Below are positions 20,213-29,733 of a DNA stretch of 64,000 nucleotides, in pieces; the first letter of the stretch is position 1; each line of letters starts with the position of its first letter. The position numbers were made by a program, and so were the translations under genes. The DNA is from Candidatus Eiseniibacteriota bacterium (GTDB lineage: Bacteria; Eisenbacteria; RBG-16-71-46; JABDJR01). The stretch spans positions 352,001 through 416,000 of the forward strand of contig CAWANH010000029.1 in NCBI GenBank assembly GCA_963783375.1, written 5' to 3'. Below the pieces are notes generated by a model. The model was not told the origin of the DNA, ran no database searches, and was given only the letters and a program-made list of their open reading frames with translations.

Positions 20213-20905
20213 CTAGTTGTACTGGGTCTTGATCTTGCCCCAGGTGGTGGGTTCGGTCGGCGTCGGGGTAGAGCAGGGGCTGTATCCCGGCGCTCCGAAT
20301 CCGGCGATGCCCAGATGGGACGGGGTACCCGGTGCGATGTTGTCCTGGAAGAGGTCGCAGCCGACCACGCTGGCCACGCCGGACACGGGCCGGACGGTCA
20401 GGGCGAACTGGTCCGGGGACCAGACGGTTACGTTGAACATGCCGGCGATCGCCAGCACGGTGTTCCGGACGTAGGGCTGGGAGTCGACGGTCTTGCAGTT
20501 GCTGTACCGGTCCCAGATGTTCACGGTACCGGTCCCCGGCTCCGGCCAGAAGTCCATCGGGTACGAGAGATCGGAGCAGTCGGTAAAGCTCGCGATGTCT
20601 ACACCGGAGTTCGGGGCGCCGTCGTAATCGAGACCGTACTCAATGGCGCTGACACCGGTCGAATCGGAGCCGTTACAGACCAGGACCCAGACGCTGAACT
20701 GGTCGCCCGGGGAGAACGAGGGAACCTCGTCGACGATGGTGTAGTCCAGGGGAGTCGGCGCCCCCGTCGTACAGGGATTCTTGTCCACGAACTGGGTGAC
20801 GTGGAAGGCGATCCCCGCCTGAGCATTGTCACCGGCCACTGCGGCCGCCGAGAAACCGATCATCAGGGCGCAGCCGAGAAGCAGTCCTACCATAGCGCGC
20901 TTCAT
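20213..20905 (-). CDS. Secreted Cys-rich protein with C-terminal TWGxIK tail (paralog 1)
   Basis: Signal peptide ending AVA; strong RBS TAAGGAGGT; ends TPTPTEPTTWGKIKTQYN; clearly similar to the neighbouring gene. Confidence 0.85.
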   Translation of the reverse strand: MKRAMVGLLLGCALMIGFSAAAVAGDNAQAGIAFHVTQFVDKNPCTTGAPTPLDYTIVDEVPSFSPGDQFSVWVLVCNGSDSTGVSAIEYGLDYDGAPNSGVDIASFTDCSDLSYPMDFWPEPGTGTVNIWDRYSNCKTVDSQPYVRNTVLAIAGMFNVTVWSPDQFALTVRPVSGVASVVGCDLFQDNIAPGTPSHLGIAGFGAPGYSPCSTPTPTEPTTWGKIKTQYN

Positions 20906-21077
20906 GTTGTAGTACCTCCTTAGCGATAGGCACGATGCGGAAACATAGATCGCGGTGACAGCCTCAATCCCGGCCGGAGCCTCTCGCCGTCACGGGGCGA
21001 GATCCCGGATGGACAGCTTCTGGTCGTCCGCGTTCGCTGTCGACCACGTAGCGTGGAGTCAACTTGCACCGGAGATA

Positions 21078-21131
21078 ACTTTAGCATGTCCCTGGAAGCC
21101 TGTCAACGGGTCGGGATGGCTAACCGGTTAG
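21078..21131 (-). promoter_or_regulatory. Sigma70 promoter with upstream 12-bp palindrome
   Basis: Minus strand TTGACA(21101-21106)-17-TAAAGT(21078-21083); palindrome CTAACCGGTTAG at 21120-21131. Confidence 0.6.
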
Positions 21132-21272
21132 TATTTCAGGGATTGAATCGGGCCCGGGGCAGCGGGTTTCGGGTCCGGAGCCCCTCAAAAACGGCACCGG
21201 CATCGGACCGGGGGGGGGAGGGGGGGGAGGGCGGCGGGATCGCACCGGCCGCCCTCCGGTCCCTGGAGGGGC

Positions 21273-21932
21273 CTAGTGGTACAGCGTCTTGATGTTGCCC
21301 CAGCTGGTGGGCTGGACGGCCACGATGACGTCGCAGGGGTTGTAGCCCTCCCCGGCGCCGAAGCAGGCGTAGCCCATGTGGCTCGGGCTGGAGGCGGAAA
21401 TGTCGACCTGGCCCGGTCCGGGACAGTCCACGATGTAGACCGCGTTGTCCACCGACCGGGGAACGACCATGAAGCAGTCCGGTGAATAGGCGGTCACCTG
21501 GAAGACCCCGGCGACCACCGGGGTCGGGCCGTACTGGCAGTTGGTGTACCGATCCCAGAGGATGACGTTCCCCTGGTTCGGCTCGGGCCAGAAGTCCATG
21601 GCGAACTCCAGGTCCGCGCAGGAGGTCCAGCTGTAGATGTCCACCCCCTGTCCCGGGGTCCCGTCGTAGTCGATGCCGCACGAGACTCCGGCCAGCCCCA
21701 GCGAGTCGCTGTGGTTGGCCACGAAGAGGTACACGCTGTAGTCCCCCAACGAGGCCGAGGTCGTGACCTGGTTGCAGGGAGGCATGGTGTAGTCGCAGAT
21801 GCTCTTGTCGGTGCGCGCGCGAATGTGCAGGGCCACGATCGCGTCCTCGTTGCCGGTGGCAGCCAGGGCGTCGGAGCCGGCGGCGGCCAGGACCGTGGTC
21901 GCCACGAGGGCGATCCCTATCCAGTTTCTCAT
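21273..21932 (-). CDS. Secreted Cys-rich protein with C-terminal SWGxIK tail (paralog 2)
   Basis: Signal peptide; RBS GAGGGAG; ends VAVQPTSWGNIKTLYH; shares DYDG.P..GVDI and MDFWPEP..G....WDRY.NC with paralog 1. Confidence 0.85.
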   Translation of the reverse strand: MRNWIGIALVATTVLAAAGSDALAATGNEDAIVALHIRARTDKSICDYTMPPCNQVTTSASLGDYSVYLFVANHSDSLGLAGVSCGIDYDGTPGQGVDIYSWTSCADLEFAMDFWPEPNQGNVILWDRYTNCQYGPTPVVAGVFQVTAYSPDCFMVVPRSVDNAVYIVDCPGPGQVDISASSPSHMGYACFGAGEGYNPCDVIVAVQPTSWGNIKTLYH

Positions 21933-22252
21933 CTTCACTCCCTCACTCAAGAGTCTTCGAGACCTCCGGCCCCGCCTGGGGGACGCGGCGTCCGAACCCG
22001 GGAAACCAGCCGGGGTGACTCCCCGGTGCCTTACCCGGAGGTATCGGTATGGGAATGGGGCGCTTTAGCCCACTCGTGGCGAATCGCCATGCCGGGCGCG
22101 GTCCCCGAAGAGGCGGCCGGCCGGGTGGATTCCGGATGGGGCAAATGCCCCAGGCCGGCCGCGGGTGGAAGACTCCCCGAGGCTGGGGTATACTGGCCCG
22201 CTCGTTTCGGCCCTGAATGGGCCGTCCCCTCGCCCTCAGGAGAAGATCAGCC

Positions 22253-23692
22253 ATGGCCAAGGACATCACCCCCCGCTCCGAGGATTATTCCCGCTGGTAC
22301 GGCGACGTCATCGCCCGGGCCCAGCTGGCCGAGAACGCCCCGGTCCGGGGGTGCATGGTCATCCGGCCCCACGGGTACGCCATCTGGGAGAAGATGCAGC
22401 GGGTGCTCGATCGCATGTTCAAGGAGACCGGGCACCAGAACGCCTACTTTCCCCTTTTCATCCCCGAGAGCTTCATGACCCGGGAGGCCGAGCACGTGGA
22501 GGGGTTCAGCCCGGAGTGCGCGGTGGTGACCCACGGGGGGGGGAAGAAGCTCGAGGAGCCGCTCTACGTCCGGCCCACGTCGGAAACCATCATCTGGGAC
22601 ATGTATCGCAAGTGGATCCAGTCCTACCGCGACCTTCCCATCCTCATCAACCAGTGGGCCAACGTGGTTCGATGGGAGATGCGGCCTCGATTGTTCCTGC
22701 GCACCACCGAGTTCCTCTGGCAGGAGGGCCATACCGCCCACGCCACCGATGCGGAGGCCGAGGAGGAAGCGCGACGGATGCTCGACGTCTACGCCACCTT
22801 CGCCGAGGGGACCATGGCCATGCCGGTGATCAAGGGGCGGAAGACGGACTCGGAGAAGTTTCCGGGGGCGCTCCGCACGTACTGCATCGAAGCCATGATG
22901 CAGGACACCAAGGCGCTCCAGGCCGGGACCAGCCATCACCTGGGACAGAACTTCGCCCGCGCCTTCGACGTCACCTTCCAGAACGAGAACGGTGAGCGGG
23001 AGCTGGTCTGGGCCACCTCCTGGGGGGTGAGCACGCGGCTGGTGGGGGGGCTCATCATGGCCCACTCCGACGATGACGGCCTGGTGCTTCCCCCCAAGCT
23101 GGCCCCCATCCACGCGGTGGTGGTGCCGATCTGGATGAAGGACGACCAGGTGTCGGCCATGAAGACGGCGGGGGGAGAGCTGTTCGAGTCGCTCAAGCTG
23201 GAGCACCCGGAGCTCGACCTGAAGCTCGACGATCGGGAGCAGTACAAGCCAGGCTGGAAGTTCAACGAATGGGAGCAGAGGGGGGTGCCGGTGCGGATCG
23301 AGATCGGGCCCAAGGACGTGGCGAAGGGGCAGGCGGTGCTGGTCCGCCGCGACACCCGGGCGAAGGAATTCGTGCCCCGGGAGCGGGTGGGGGAACGGCT
23401 GGGGGAGCTCATGGTGGAGATCCAGGACGAGCTCTACCGGCGGGCGTCGACCTTTCGCGAGTCCAATACCCACCGGGTGGACGACTACGGGACCTTCAAG
23501 GAGAGCCTGGCCGCTCGGGGGGGGTTCCATCTCGCCCACTGGGACGGCACTCCCGAGACCGAGGCCCGGGTCAAGGAGGAGACCAAGGCCACCATCCGGT
23601 GCATCCCCTTCGACGCCCCGGAGGAGGAAGGGGTCTGCATGGTCACCGGGAAGCCGAGCCGCGGGCGGGTGGTCTGGGCCCGGAGCTACTGA
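22253..23692 (+). CDS. proS: Proline--tRNA ligase (archaeal/eukaryal-type, Thermus-like)
   Basis: [53 protein letters not shown]-terminal Y. Confidence 0.97.
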   Translation: MAKDITPRSEDYSRWYGDVIARAQLAENAPVRGCMVIRPHGYAIWEKMQRVLDRMFKETGHQNAYFPLFIPESFMTREAEHVEGFSPECAVVTHGGGKKLEEPLYVRPTSETIIWDMYRKWIQSYRDLPILINQWANVVRWEMRPRLFLRTTEFLWQEGHTAHATDAEAEEEARRMLDVYATFAEGTMAMPVIKGRKTDSEKFPGALRTYCIEAMMQDTKALQAGTSHHLGQNFARAFDVTFQNENGERELVWATSWGVSTRLVGGLIMAHSDDDGLVLPPKLAPIHAVVVPIWMKDDQVSAMKTAGGELFESLKLEHPELDLKLDDREQYKPGWKFNEWEQRGVPVRIEIGPKDVAKGQAVLVRRDTRAKEFVPRERVGERLGELMVEIQDELYRRASTFRESNTHRVDDYGTFKESLAARGGFHLAHWDGTPETEARVKEETKATIRCIPFDAPEEEGVCMVTGKPSRGRVVWARSY

Positions 23693-23702
23693 GGCGGGGG
23701 GA

Positions 23703-24638
23703 TCACGGTTGGGTGCATCCCCGCCAGGGGGTGGCCAGGACGCTCTGAAAAGTTCCCGAGGGAAGCAGGTCCAGGATCACCGTCCTCCGGCCGGCTTCCG
23801 ACGTCTCCCGGAAGACCACGATCGGTTGGGTGGAACCGGGACCCTGGAACACCGCGACCCGCTCCCGGTGGAGACGCGCCGCCCCCGCCCGGGGGAGGTC
23901 GAGCAGCGCGTAGCGGAAGGTGCGCGTCCCCCCGGCGGCGGAGACCCAGAAGTGGAGCACCGCTTCGGAGGAGGCGCCGCCGCCTCGAAGCCGAACCGCC
24001 CCCCGAAACCGTCCCACCAGCTCCAGCTTTCCATCTTCCAGGGGAGCGCCCAACCTCAGGTCTTCACGAGTCCAGGGAACCTCGGGATCGATTTCCAGAC
24101 CGGGGGGGAGATCCCGGTTCACCACCCGCCGGGCGTCGTGGGCGAGGCCGGAGAGCGCCTCCGCCAGCTCCGCCGGGCGGCCGGGGGAGTGCCAGACCGC
24201 GGCCGGATCGTCGAGCCTCCAGGCTTCCCAGGCTTCGCGGGTGGTTCCCGCCACCGGGTGGTCCAGCCGGGTGTCCACCGGCACCGTTCCCGGTTCCCAG
24301 CGTCCCACCGCCACGCTGAGGGTGTCGCAACCCCAGGGAGAGCTCGACCACTCCCGGGGGAGGAAGATCCCCATGTCCGACGGCGCGAACACGGTGTCCA
24401 CCGGTCCGATCCCGCCGTCGGGCAGGGCGGACCAGGTCCCGTCGGAGAGACGGGCCACTGGCTGCCACTCCATGCGCCAGAGGTACTGCTGCTCGTAGCC
24501 GCGCCACTGGAGGATGCCGAGCTCCGTGGGTTCGGAGTCGCGGGGGGTCGCCAGGCCCGGAGCCGCGACGATCGAGGCGAGGATGACGATCAGCGCCGGG
24601 ACGATCCAACCCGGCGGGAGCGGGGAACGATCTCTCAT
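23703..24638 (-). CDS. Hypothetical secreted protein
   Basis: N-terminal hydrophobic signal; ATGA-type overlap with the upstream gene; Cys pair (WGC ... RGC). Confidence 0.6.
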   Translation of the reverse strand: MRDRSPLPPGWIVPALIVILASIVAAPGLATPRDSEPTELGILQWRGYEQQYLWRMEWQPVARLSDGTWSALPDGGIGPVDTVFAPSDMGIFLPREWSSSPWGCDTLSVAVGRWEPGTVPVDTRLDHPVAGTTREAWEAWRLDDPAAVWHSPGRPAELAEALSGLAHDARRVVNRDLPPGLEIDPEVPWTREDLRLGAPLEDGKLELVGRFRGAVRLRGGGASSEAVLHFWVSAAGGTRTFRYALLDLPRAGAARLHRERVAVFQGPGSTQPIVVFRETSEAGRRTVILDLLPSGTFQSVLATPWRGCTQP

Positions 24639-25636
24639 GGGATCACGGTCCAGGAACGAACCGCGCTCGGCCGGCCGCTCAGCCTGGCCCCGTCGACTCC
24701 GTAGACCCGCCAATATGCCTTCCCTTCATCGCCCGGCTGGACGTCGATGGTGGCGAAGCTCCGGCTCAGGTTGGCCTTGAACACCGGATTCTGGAAGTCC
24801 GGGGTGAGGGAGATCTCGAACCGGTAGTGATCGATCCCCGAGCAGTCGCTGAGCTCGCTCCAGACCGCGGTGATGCCGTCGCCGACCTTGAACACCGCGC
24901 CGTCCGCGGGATACAGGAGGATGGGCGGGTCGGGGGGGAGGATGTCGAAGGGCGCGAAGGCTCCCTCGTAGCGCACCGGCACGGTCACCCGCGGGCGCTG
25001 GGGATCGTTGGTGAGCGCCACCAGGGAGTCGAGGACGGGGTAGGGACCGTCGGGGGCCCAGGACCAGACCACCGGAAGGACGGAATGGCCGGCCACGATC
25101 CGGTCGGCGAACCCCTGGGCGCCCGGCGGCGCGTGCACCGGGTGCCAGTAGAGATCGTCGGCTTCCAGGTTGTAGACGAAGAGGGTGTCCTCGCCGGCGC
25201 CCTCGCTCATACAGAACGACGGCGGCTCGTAGAAGAGCGCCCCCGGGTTGGACGCGACCGCGGTCACCGTCACCCGGAGGGATACCGAGTCGGCCAGCGT
25301 GCGGTCGGCGGCCCGGATCCATACCGGGCCGTACCCGCCCGCATCGCCGACCTTGGGCTCCAGGGTCAGCGTGACCCGAGCGGGGCCCGGATCCACCAGG
25401 CGGGCGAAGGGAGGAAGACCGACCGCGGAGAAGACCAAGCTGTCCCCGTCGGCGTCCACGGCGGTGATGGTGATCGATCGTGATTCCTGTTCCATGAGGG
25501 TCACGTCGCCGATCGGGTCGAGCGCCGGAGCTTGGGGGTCTTTGGGCGCGCCCGGGTTGTCCCCCCCGCACGCGGAGAGGATCGCGGGGAGAACGACGAC
25601 GAGGAAGATCGGCCGGCGGGAGGGAGCGACGATCAA
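24635..25636 (-). CDS. Lipoprotein with Ig/cadherin-like and FN3-like domains
   Basis: Lipobox LSAC; APALDPIGD...DADGDSLVFSAVGLP Ig-like repeat; PILLYPADG...YWRVYGVD FN3-like. Confidence 0.72.
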   Translation of the reverse strand: MIVAPSRRPIFLVVVLPAILSACGGDNPGAPKDPQAPALDPIGDVTLMEQESRSITITAVDADGDSLVFSAVGLPPFARLVDPGPARVTLTLEPKVGDAGGYGPVWIRAADRTLADSVSLRVTVTAVASNPGALFYEPPSFCMSEGAGEDTLFVYNLEADDLYWHPVHAPPGAQGFADRIVAGHSVLPVVWSWAPDGPYPVLDSLVALTNDPQRPRVTVPVRYEGAFAPFDILPPDPPILLYPADGAVFKVGDGITAVWSELSDCSGIDHYRFEISLTPDFQNPVFKANLSRSFATIDVQPGDEGKAYWRVYGVDGARLSGRPSAVRSWTVIP

Positions 25637-27375
25637 CGCGACGGATTTCCTTTCCGGAAGAGGGGCACCACTTGGAAACGTCCCTCATTGTAGCGGAGAA
25701 GGTAGGGACGCCGCTCCCGGTGCGCCTCCCAGAACTCCCGGTTCCGACCGCCCAGGTCGCGCACGAAGAGGATCGGATCGGAGAGGTCGGGGCGGGGGTC
25801 GGGGGTGCCGAAGACCCAGCTCACCGGCTCCGGGGGCTGGACCCCCTCGGTGAACACGATCGCCGGGGGTTCCACCGCCGCGGCCACCGCCCGGTACGGC
25901 TCGGCCACCGCCCGGGTCAGCGCCCGGAGGTGGGTGACCTGGGGCGGCCAGAAGACCAGGAACGCGGCCGTGACCGACGCGGCGACCCAGGCCGCGGGTT
26001 CGGCCGGGCCCCGCCGTTCGCTCCATCGCTTCAGACCGATGACGCTCAACACGCAGAAGGGGATGAGGATCTCGTAGGTCTTGACCGGGCCGGTGTCGTT
26101 CACTCCGATGGACCAATAGAAAAGATAGGAGAAGAGACCCACCCCCATCATGAGAGCGGCGGCGCGGGCATACAGGGTCTCGCTCAATCGTCCTGCCGCG
26201 GGCGGCGTGTCGACGCCTCGGCTCGAGAACGCCCACGCCGCGGGGAGAACCGCCAGAGGCCATCCAAAGGCCCAGAAGTGGAACCGCACCGCCAGGAGCA
26301 ATACGTTCTTGAGACCCTGAATCGGGGTGTGGACGATGAGGCCCGGGATGATGGTGCCGAACCCGAACTCCTTCATCGTGCTTCCCCGAACCGCCTGGTA
26401 GCCGGTCACCAGGGGGTTTCCGCTTACCCCCGCATTGTAGAGCAGGAAGAAGACCACCCCGAGGACGCCGGCGGCGGCCGCCCCGGCCAACGCGCGACCG
26501 CGGCCCCGGCGCGCCCCCGCCCAGAGAAGGAGCGTGGCGGGAAATGCGCCGAGCGTGACCGCGGTGTAGGGCCGGGCTAGGAGGAGGAGGGCCAGACCGG
26601 CCCCCGCGGCCAGCCCGAAGCGGAGGCGGCCGTCTTCCGTCGCCCGCACCGCACCCCACGAGGCCAGGGCGAGCCCGAAGGTGGAGGAGGGATGGCTGAG
26701 GAGCGTCGCTCCGGTGAGGAGAAAGAGGGGAGAGAGGAGGACCAGCACGGCACCGGCCCGAGCCCAGCCCCCTCCGGCGATCCGGCGGAGGAGGGCGCCG
26801 ATCAAGAGCACGTTCGCCGCGGCCAGGGCCACCGGCGCCAGCCGCGGCCATCCCAGCAGCACGCCGGGAAGGAGCATCAGCGGGTGGCCCGGAGGGTACT
26901 GGCCGAACCAACGGCCGTCCTTGACCTGGACGAACACGTTCACCAGGAAATCCGAAGCGACCGGGGCCGGCCAGGCCGCGCGGCCGTGAGCGAGGAGCCG
27001 CGACTGGAAGAGGTACACGTACTCGTCGTCGGTCACCACCTGGCCCCGGAGGACGACCACCGCGATGGCCAGGACCGCGACCGCAGCCAGCCCGGCCGGG
27101 ATCAGGTCCCCCGCGCGCCGGGAACCGATCCCTTCGAGGCGGGGGAGCGCGCGCCCGATCGCGGGCAGCATGCCCCAGGCCAGGGCGAGGACCCCGGCCG
27201 TACCCCCGGCCAGATACCGGAGGTAGAACCCGGCTTCGCCGGGCCCCAGCATGAGGAACCACCGGGGGGCGTAGGCGTCGAAGGGGTGGCCGGCCCACTC
27301 GCGGCCGGTCCACGTCCGGGTCGCGACCAGGAGCGCGATTCCCAGGAGAACGGCGGCAACCCGCTTGGCGCTCAT
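25633..27375 (-). CDS. GT-C fold (ArnT/PMT-like) membrane glycosyltransferase
   Basis: DEYVYLFQS, QYPPGHP, LARP, YNAGVSGNPL; many TM segments. Confidence 0.72.
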   Translation of the reverse strand: MSAKRVAAVLLGIALLVATRTWTGREWAGHPFDAYAPRWFLMLGPGEAGFYLRYLAGGTAGVLALAWGMLPAIGRALPRLEGIGSRRAGDLIPAGLAAVAVLAIAVVVLRGQVVTDDEYVYLFQSRLLAHGRAAWPAPVASDFLVNVFVQVKDGRWFGQYPPGHPLMLLPGVLLGWPRLAPVALAAANVLLIGALLRRIAGGGWARAGAVLVLLSPLFLLTGATLLSHPSSTFGLALASWGAVRATEDGRLRFGLAAGAGLALLLLARPYTAVTLGAFPATLLLWAGARRGRGRALAGAAAAGVLGVVFFLLYNAGVSGNPLVTGYQAVRGSTMKEFGFGTIIPGLIVHTPIQGLKNVLLLAVRFHFWAFGWPLAVLPAAWAFSSRGVDTPPAAGRLSETLYARAAALMMGVGLFSYLFYWSIGVNDTGPVKTYEILIPFCVLSVIGLKRWSERRGPAEPAAWVAASVTAAFLVFWPPQVTHLRALTRAVAEPYRAVAAAVEPPAIVFTEGVQPPEPVSWVFGTPDPRPDLSDPILFVRDLGGRNREFWEAHRERRPYLLRYNEGRFQVVPLFRKGNPSR

Positions 27376-27384
27376 CCCGGGACG

Positions 27385-29613
27385 CTAGCGGGGGCCACGC
27401 TTCTCAGGGGGACCCAGGGCCTGCAATCGGGCCTTGGCCCGGTCCGCCTGGGGAGCGTGAACCTTGATCAGGGCCTGGTAGGCGGTGCGGGCTTCGTCGG
27501 CGTGCCCGAGCTTCTCGTAGATGCCCCCCAACTCCCACAGGGCGGCCGGATGGGGACGGTGCTCGTTGGCGGCCAGGAATTCGGAGACCGCTTCCTCGGT
27601 CCGCCCCGTTGCCTCGAGGGCCATGCCGAGTCGGTAGTGAAACTCATTGTCGACGTCCCCCAGACCGCCGGCCCGCTGGTAGGCCACGACCGCGGCGGAA
27701 TCCCGCCCCGCATCGGCGAGGGCGGCGGCCTGCACCAGGGCGGCCTCCTGGGAGGTGGGGGCAAGGGCGGCCGCGCGGTCGGCGGACTCGAGCGCGCGAT
27801 CGAGGCGGCCCAGCTTCCGATCCAGGACGCTGAGGGTGAGCCAGGGACCGGGGACGTCGGGGGAGAGCTTGACCGCCTCCTCGAGGTCGTCCAGGGCCTT
27901 TACGGTGTCGCCGAGGGCCCAGCGGTTGACTCCGCGCCGGTAGGCAAGGGTTCCGGCCACGTCGTCGATCCGTCCCCCCCGCGCCCGCTCCAGGGCGTCC
28001 AGGGCGTGGAGGGCGTCCACCGGCTGCCCGGCCTGCCGGTAGAGATCCTCGACGTTGAAGTAGGTCTCGGCCTGGGTGGAGTCGGCCTCCATGGCCCGCC
28101 GGTAGAAGGTCATCGCCTCCTGGCTCCGGCCCTGCCGGGCCAGCATCTTTCCGAGGTTGTTCAAGGCCTCCGCGTTCCCCGGATCCGCATCCACCGCTTT
28201 CCGGAAGGCCTCGGTGGCGCCGGCCGCGTCCCCCTTCTCCAACCGCGCCGCCCCCTCCAGGTTCATCATGTGGGCTCGCGTGTCCCCGCCCCTCACCAGC
28301 GGCACGAAAGCGAGGATCAGGTAGAGCGCGGCCGCTCCGGCCAGCGGCCCCCACCGCCGGGGAACGTGGCGCCAGGCCGCGAATCGTTCCACCGCCAGAC
28401 CCGCCGCCGGCCAGAGGAATATCGCGAGGGGGAGGCGGTAGCGGGCGGTGACGAAGAACAAGGCCACCGAAACCAGGACCGCCAGGAAACCGAGGGGGAG
28501 GAGGATCCGGCGTCGTCGTAGCGCCAGCAGGAAACCCACTCCGCCCAGGGGGAGGAGCCAGCCCAGGGTGGGGAGCGCCAGCAACACCGGGGCCCTCCCG
28601 CGGAAGTATCCGAAGTCGTAGTGGTTGGGCACCTCGAAATTGTTGACCGCGAGGAGAACCTTCCGGGCGAAGAGTCCCAGGGCGCGCCCCGGTTGGGTGA
28701 TCCAGAAATCGAGGCCCTGAAGCCCCCACCAGCGATCCACCTGGGCCGCGGACATGGGGTGCCCGGTTGATTCCTCCGCCGCTTCGCGGGCGCTGGTGAA
28801 GAGACCCTCGGGCCGGTTCAGCAGGCCGGAGTCGGGGGGAAGGTGGAAGGTCCCGTCGGTGGAGGGGTTGTTCCCGATGTAGTAGTTCACGCCGCCGTTG
28901 ACCGAGACGAGGACCGGCTGCCCGGACACCGCGAGATTTCGCAGTCCCGTGGCCGCGGGGGGAGCGAGGACGCCGAGGAGGAGGAGCCAGGCCGCGGAGC
29001 GTTGGGGAAGTCCCAGCCGGCGGGGGGCGGCGACCGCGACCAACGCCAGGGCGCCGGCGGCCAGGAGCAGGTTGGGCTGGGCGAGGCCGGCGAGGCCCAG
29101 GGCCGCCCCGGCGGCAAACGCCGTTCGCCGCCGGCCCCAGAGCGCCAGCGCCGCCTCGATCAGGAACACCGCCAGGGAGATCGAGAGGAGTTCCCCTTCG
29201 AAAAAAACGAACGGGCCGTAGAGGGCTGCCCCCAGGCCGGCCACCGCCGCTCCGGTGAAGCCGGCCAGCCGGAACCCCACCAGGGCCAGGAGCACCGCCC
29301 CCGTCGCCCCCAGGAGGAACTGGATCGCGTGCGCGCCCCCGAGTCCCAACCCCGTCGCCTGGGTCACGAACAGGAAGAAGGGGTAGAGGGGGGCCTGGGT
29401 GTACGGCGAGCCGTGAGGGGCCCCGAGCCCGTCCCGGGCCAGCTCCTGGGCCATGGCCAGGTGCGTGGCGGCGTCGCCGGTCGCTTCCTGGTAGAGGGGG
29501 AGGTTCCGGACCTCGAGCCAGTAGAGGCCGCGGACGAGGATGGCGACCACGAAAACCATGAGGAAGAGGAAGGCGAGCCTGCGCTCGGGGCCGGTGGTGT
29601 GGGGAGGGTTCAT
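27385..29613 (-). CDS. GT-C (family 39-like) membrane glycosyltransferase fused to TPR repeats
   Basis: APLYPFFL, FFEGELL, GGVNYYIGNNP, FFVTARYRLP; C-terminal TPRs (EALNNLG). Confidence 0.8.
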   Translation of the reverse strand: MNPPHTTGPERRLAFLFLMVFVVAILVRGLYWLEVRNLPLYQEATGDAATHLAMAQELARDGLGAPHGSPYTQAPLYPFFLFVTQATGLGLGGAHAIQFLLGATGAVLLALVGFRLAGFTGAAVAGLGAALYGPFVFFEGELLSISLAVFLIEAALALWGRRRTAFAAGAALGLAGLAQPNLLLAAGALALVAVAAPRRLGLPQRSAAWLLLLGVLAPPAATGLRNLAVSGQPVLVSVNGGVNYYIGNNPSTDGTFHLPPDSGLLNRPEGLFTSAREAAEESTGHPMSAAQVDRWWGLQGLDFWITQPGRALGLFARKVLLAVNNFEVPNHYDFGYFRGRAPVLLALPTLGWLLPLGGVGFLLALRRRRILLPLGFLAVLVSVALFFVTARYRLPLAIFLWPAAGLAVERFAAWRHVPRRWGPLAGAAALYLILAFVPLVRGGDTRAHMMNLEGAARLEKGDAAGATEAFRKAVDADPGNAEALNNLGKMLARQGRSQEAMTFYRRAMEADSTQAETYFNVEDLYRQAGQPVDALHALDALERARGGRIDDVAGTLAYRRGVNRWALGDTVKALDDLEEAVKLSPDVPGPWLTLSVLDRKLGRLDRALESADRAAALAPTSQEAALVQAAALADAGRDSAAVVAYQRAGGLGDVDNEFHYRLGMALEATGRTEEAVSEFLAANEHRPHPAALWELGGIYEKLGHADEARTAYQALIKVHAPQADRAKARLQALGPPEKRGPR

Positions 29614-29733
29614 CCGAGTGTCGTGCGCTCCTCGATCCGGTCTGAAAAGGTTGGTTTGATCCGCGAGCCGGTAGAGTTTAGCATTGTTCCTCGTACCGTA
29701 TCCGCCCCTGACCGCATCCCGAGGAGCGCCCCC

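Noticed and set aside
21985-22042. Resemblance of CCCGGGAAACCAGCCGGGGTGACT to a c-di-AMP (ydaO) riboswitch or a T-box before proS
   Set aside because: The other conserved elements are absent, and proS has a candidate promoter (TATACT near 22189) downstream of this segment
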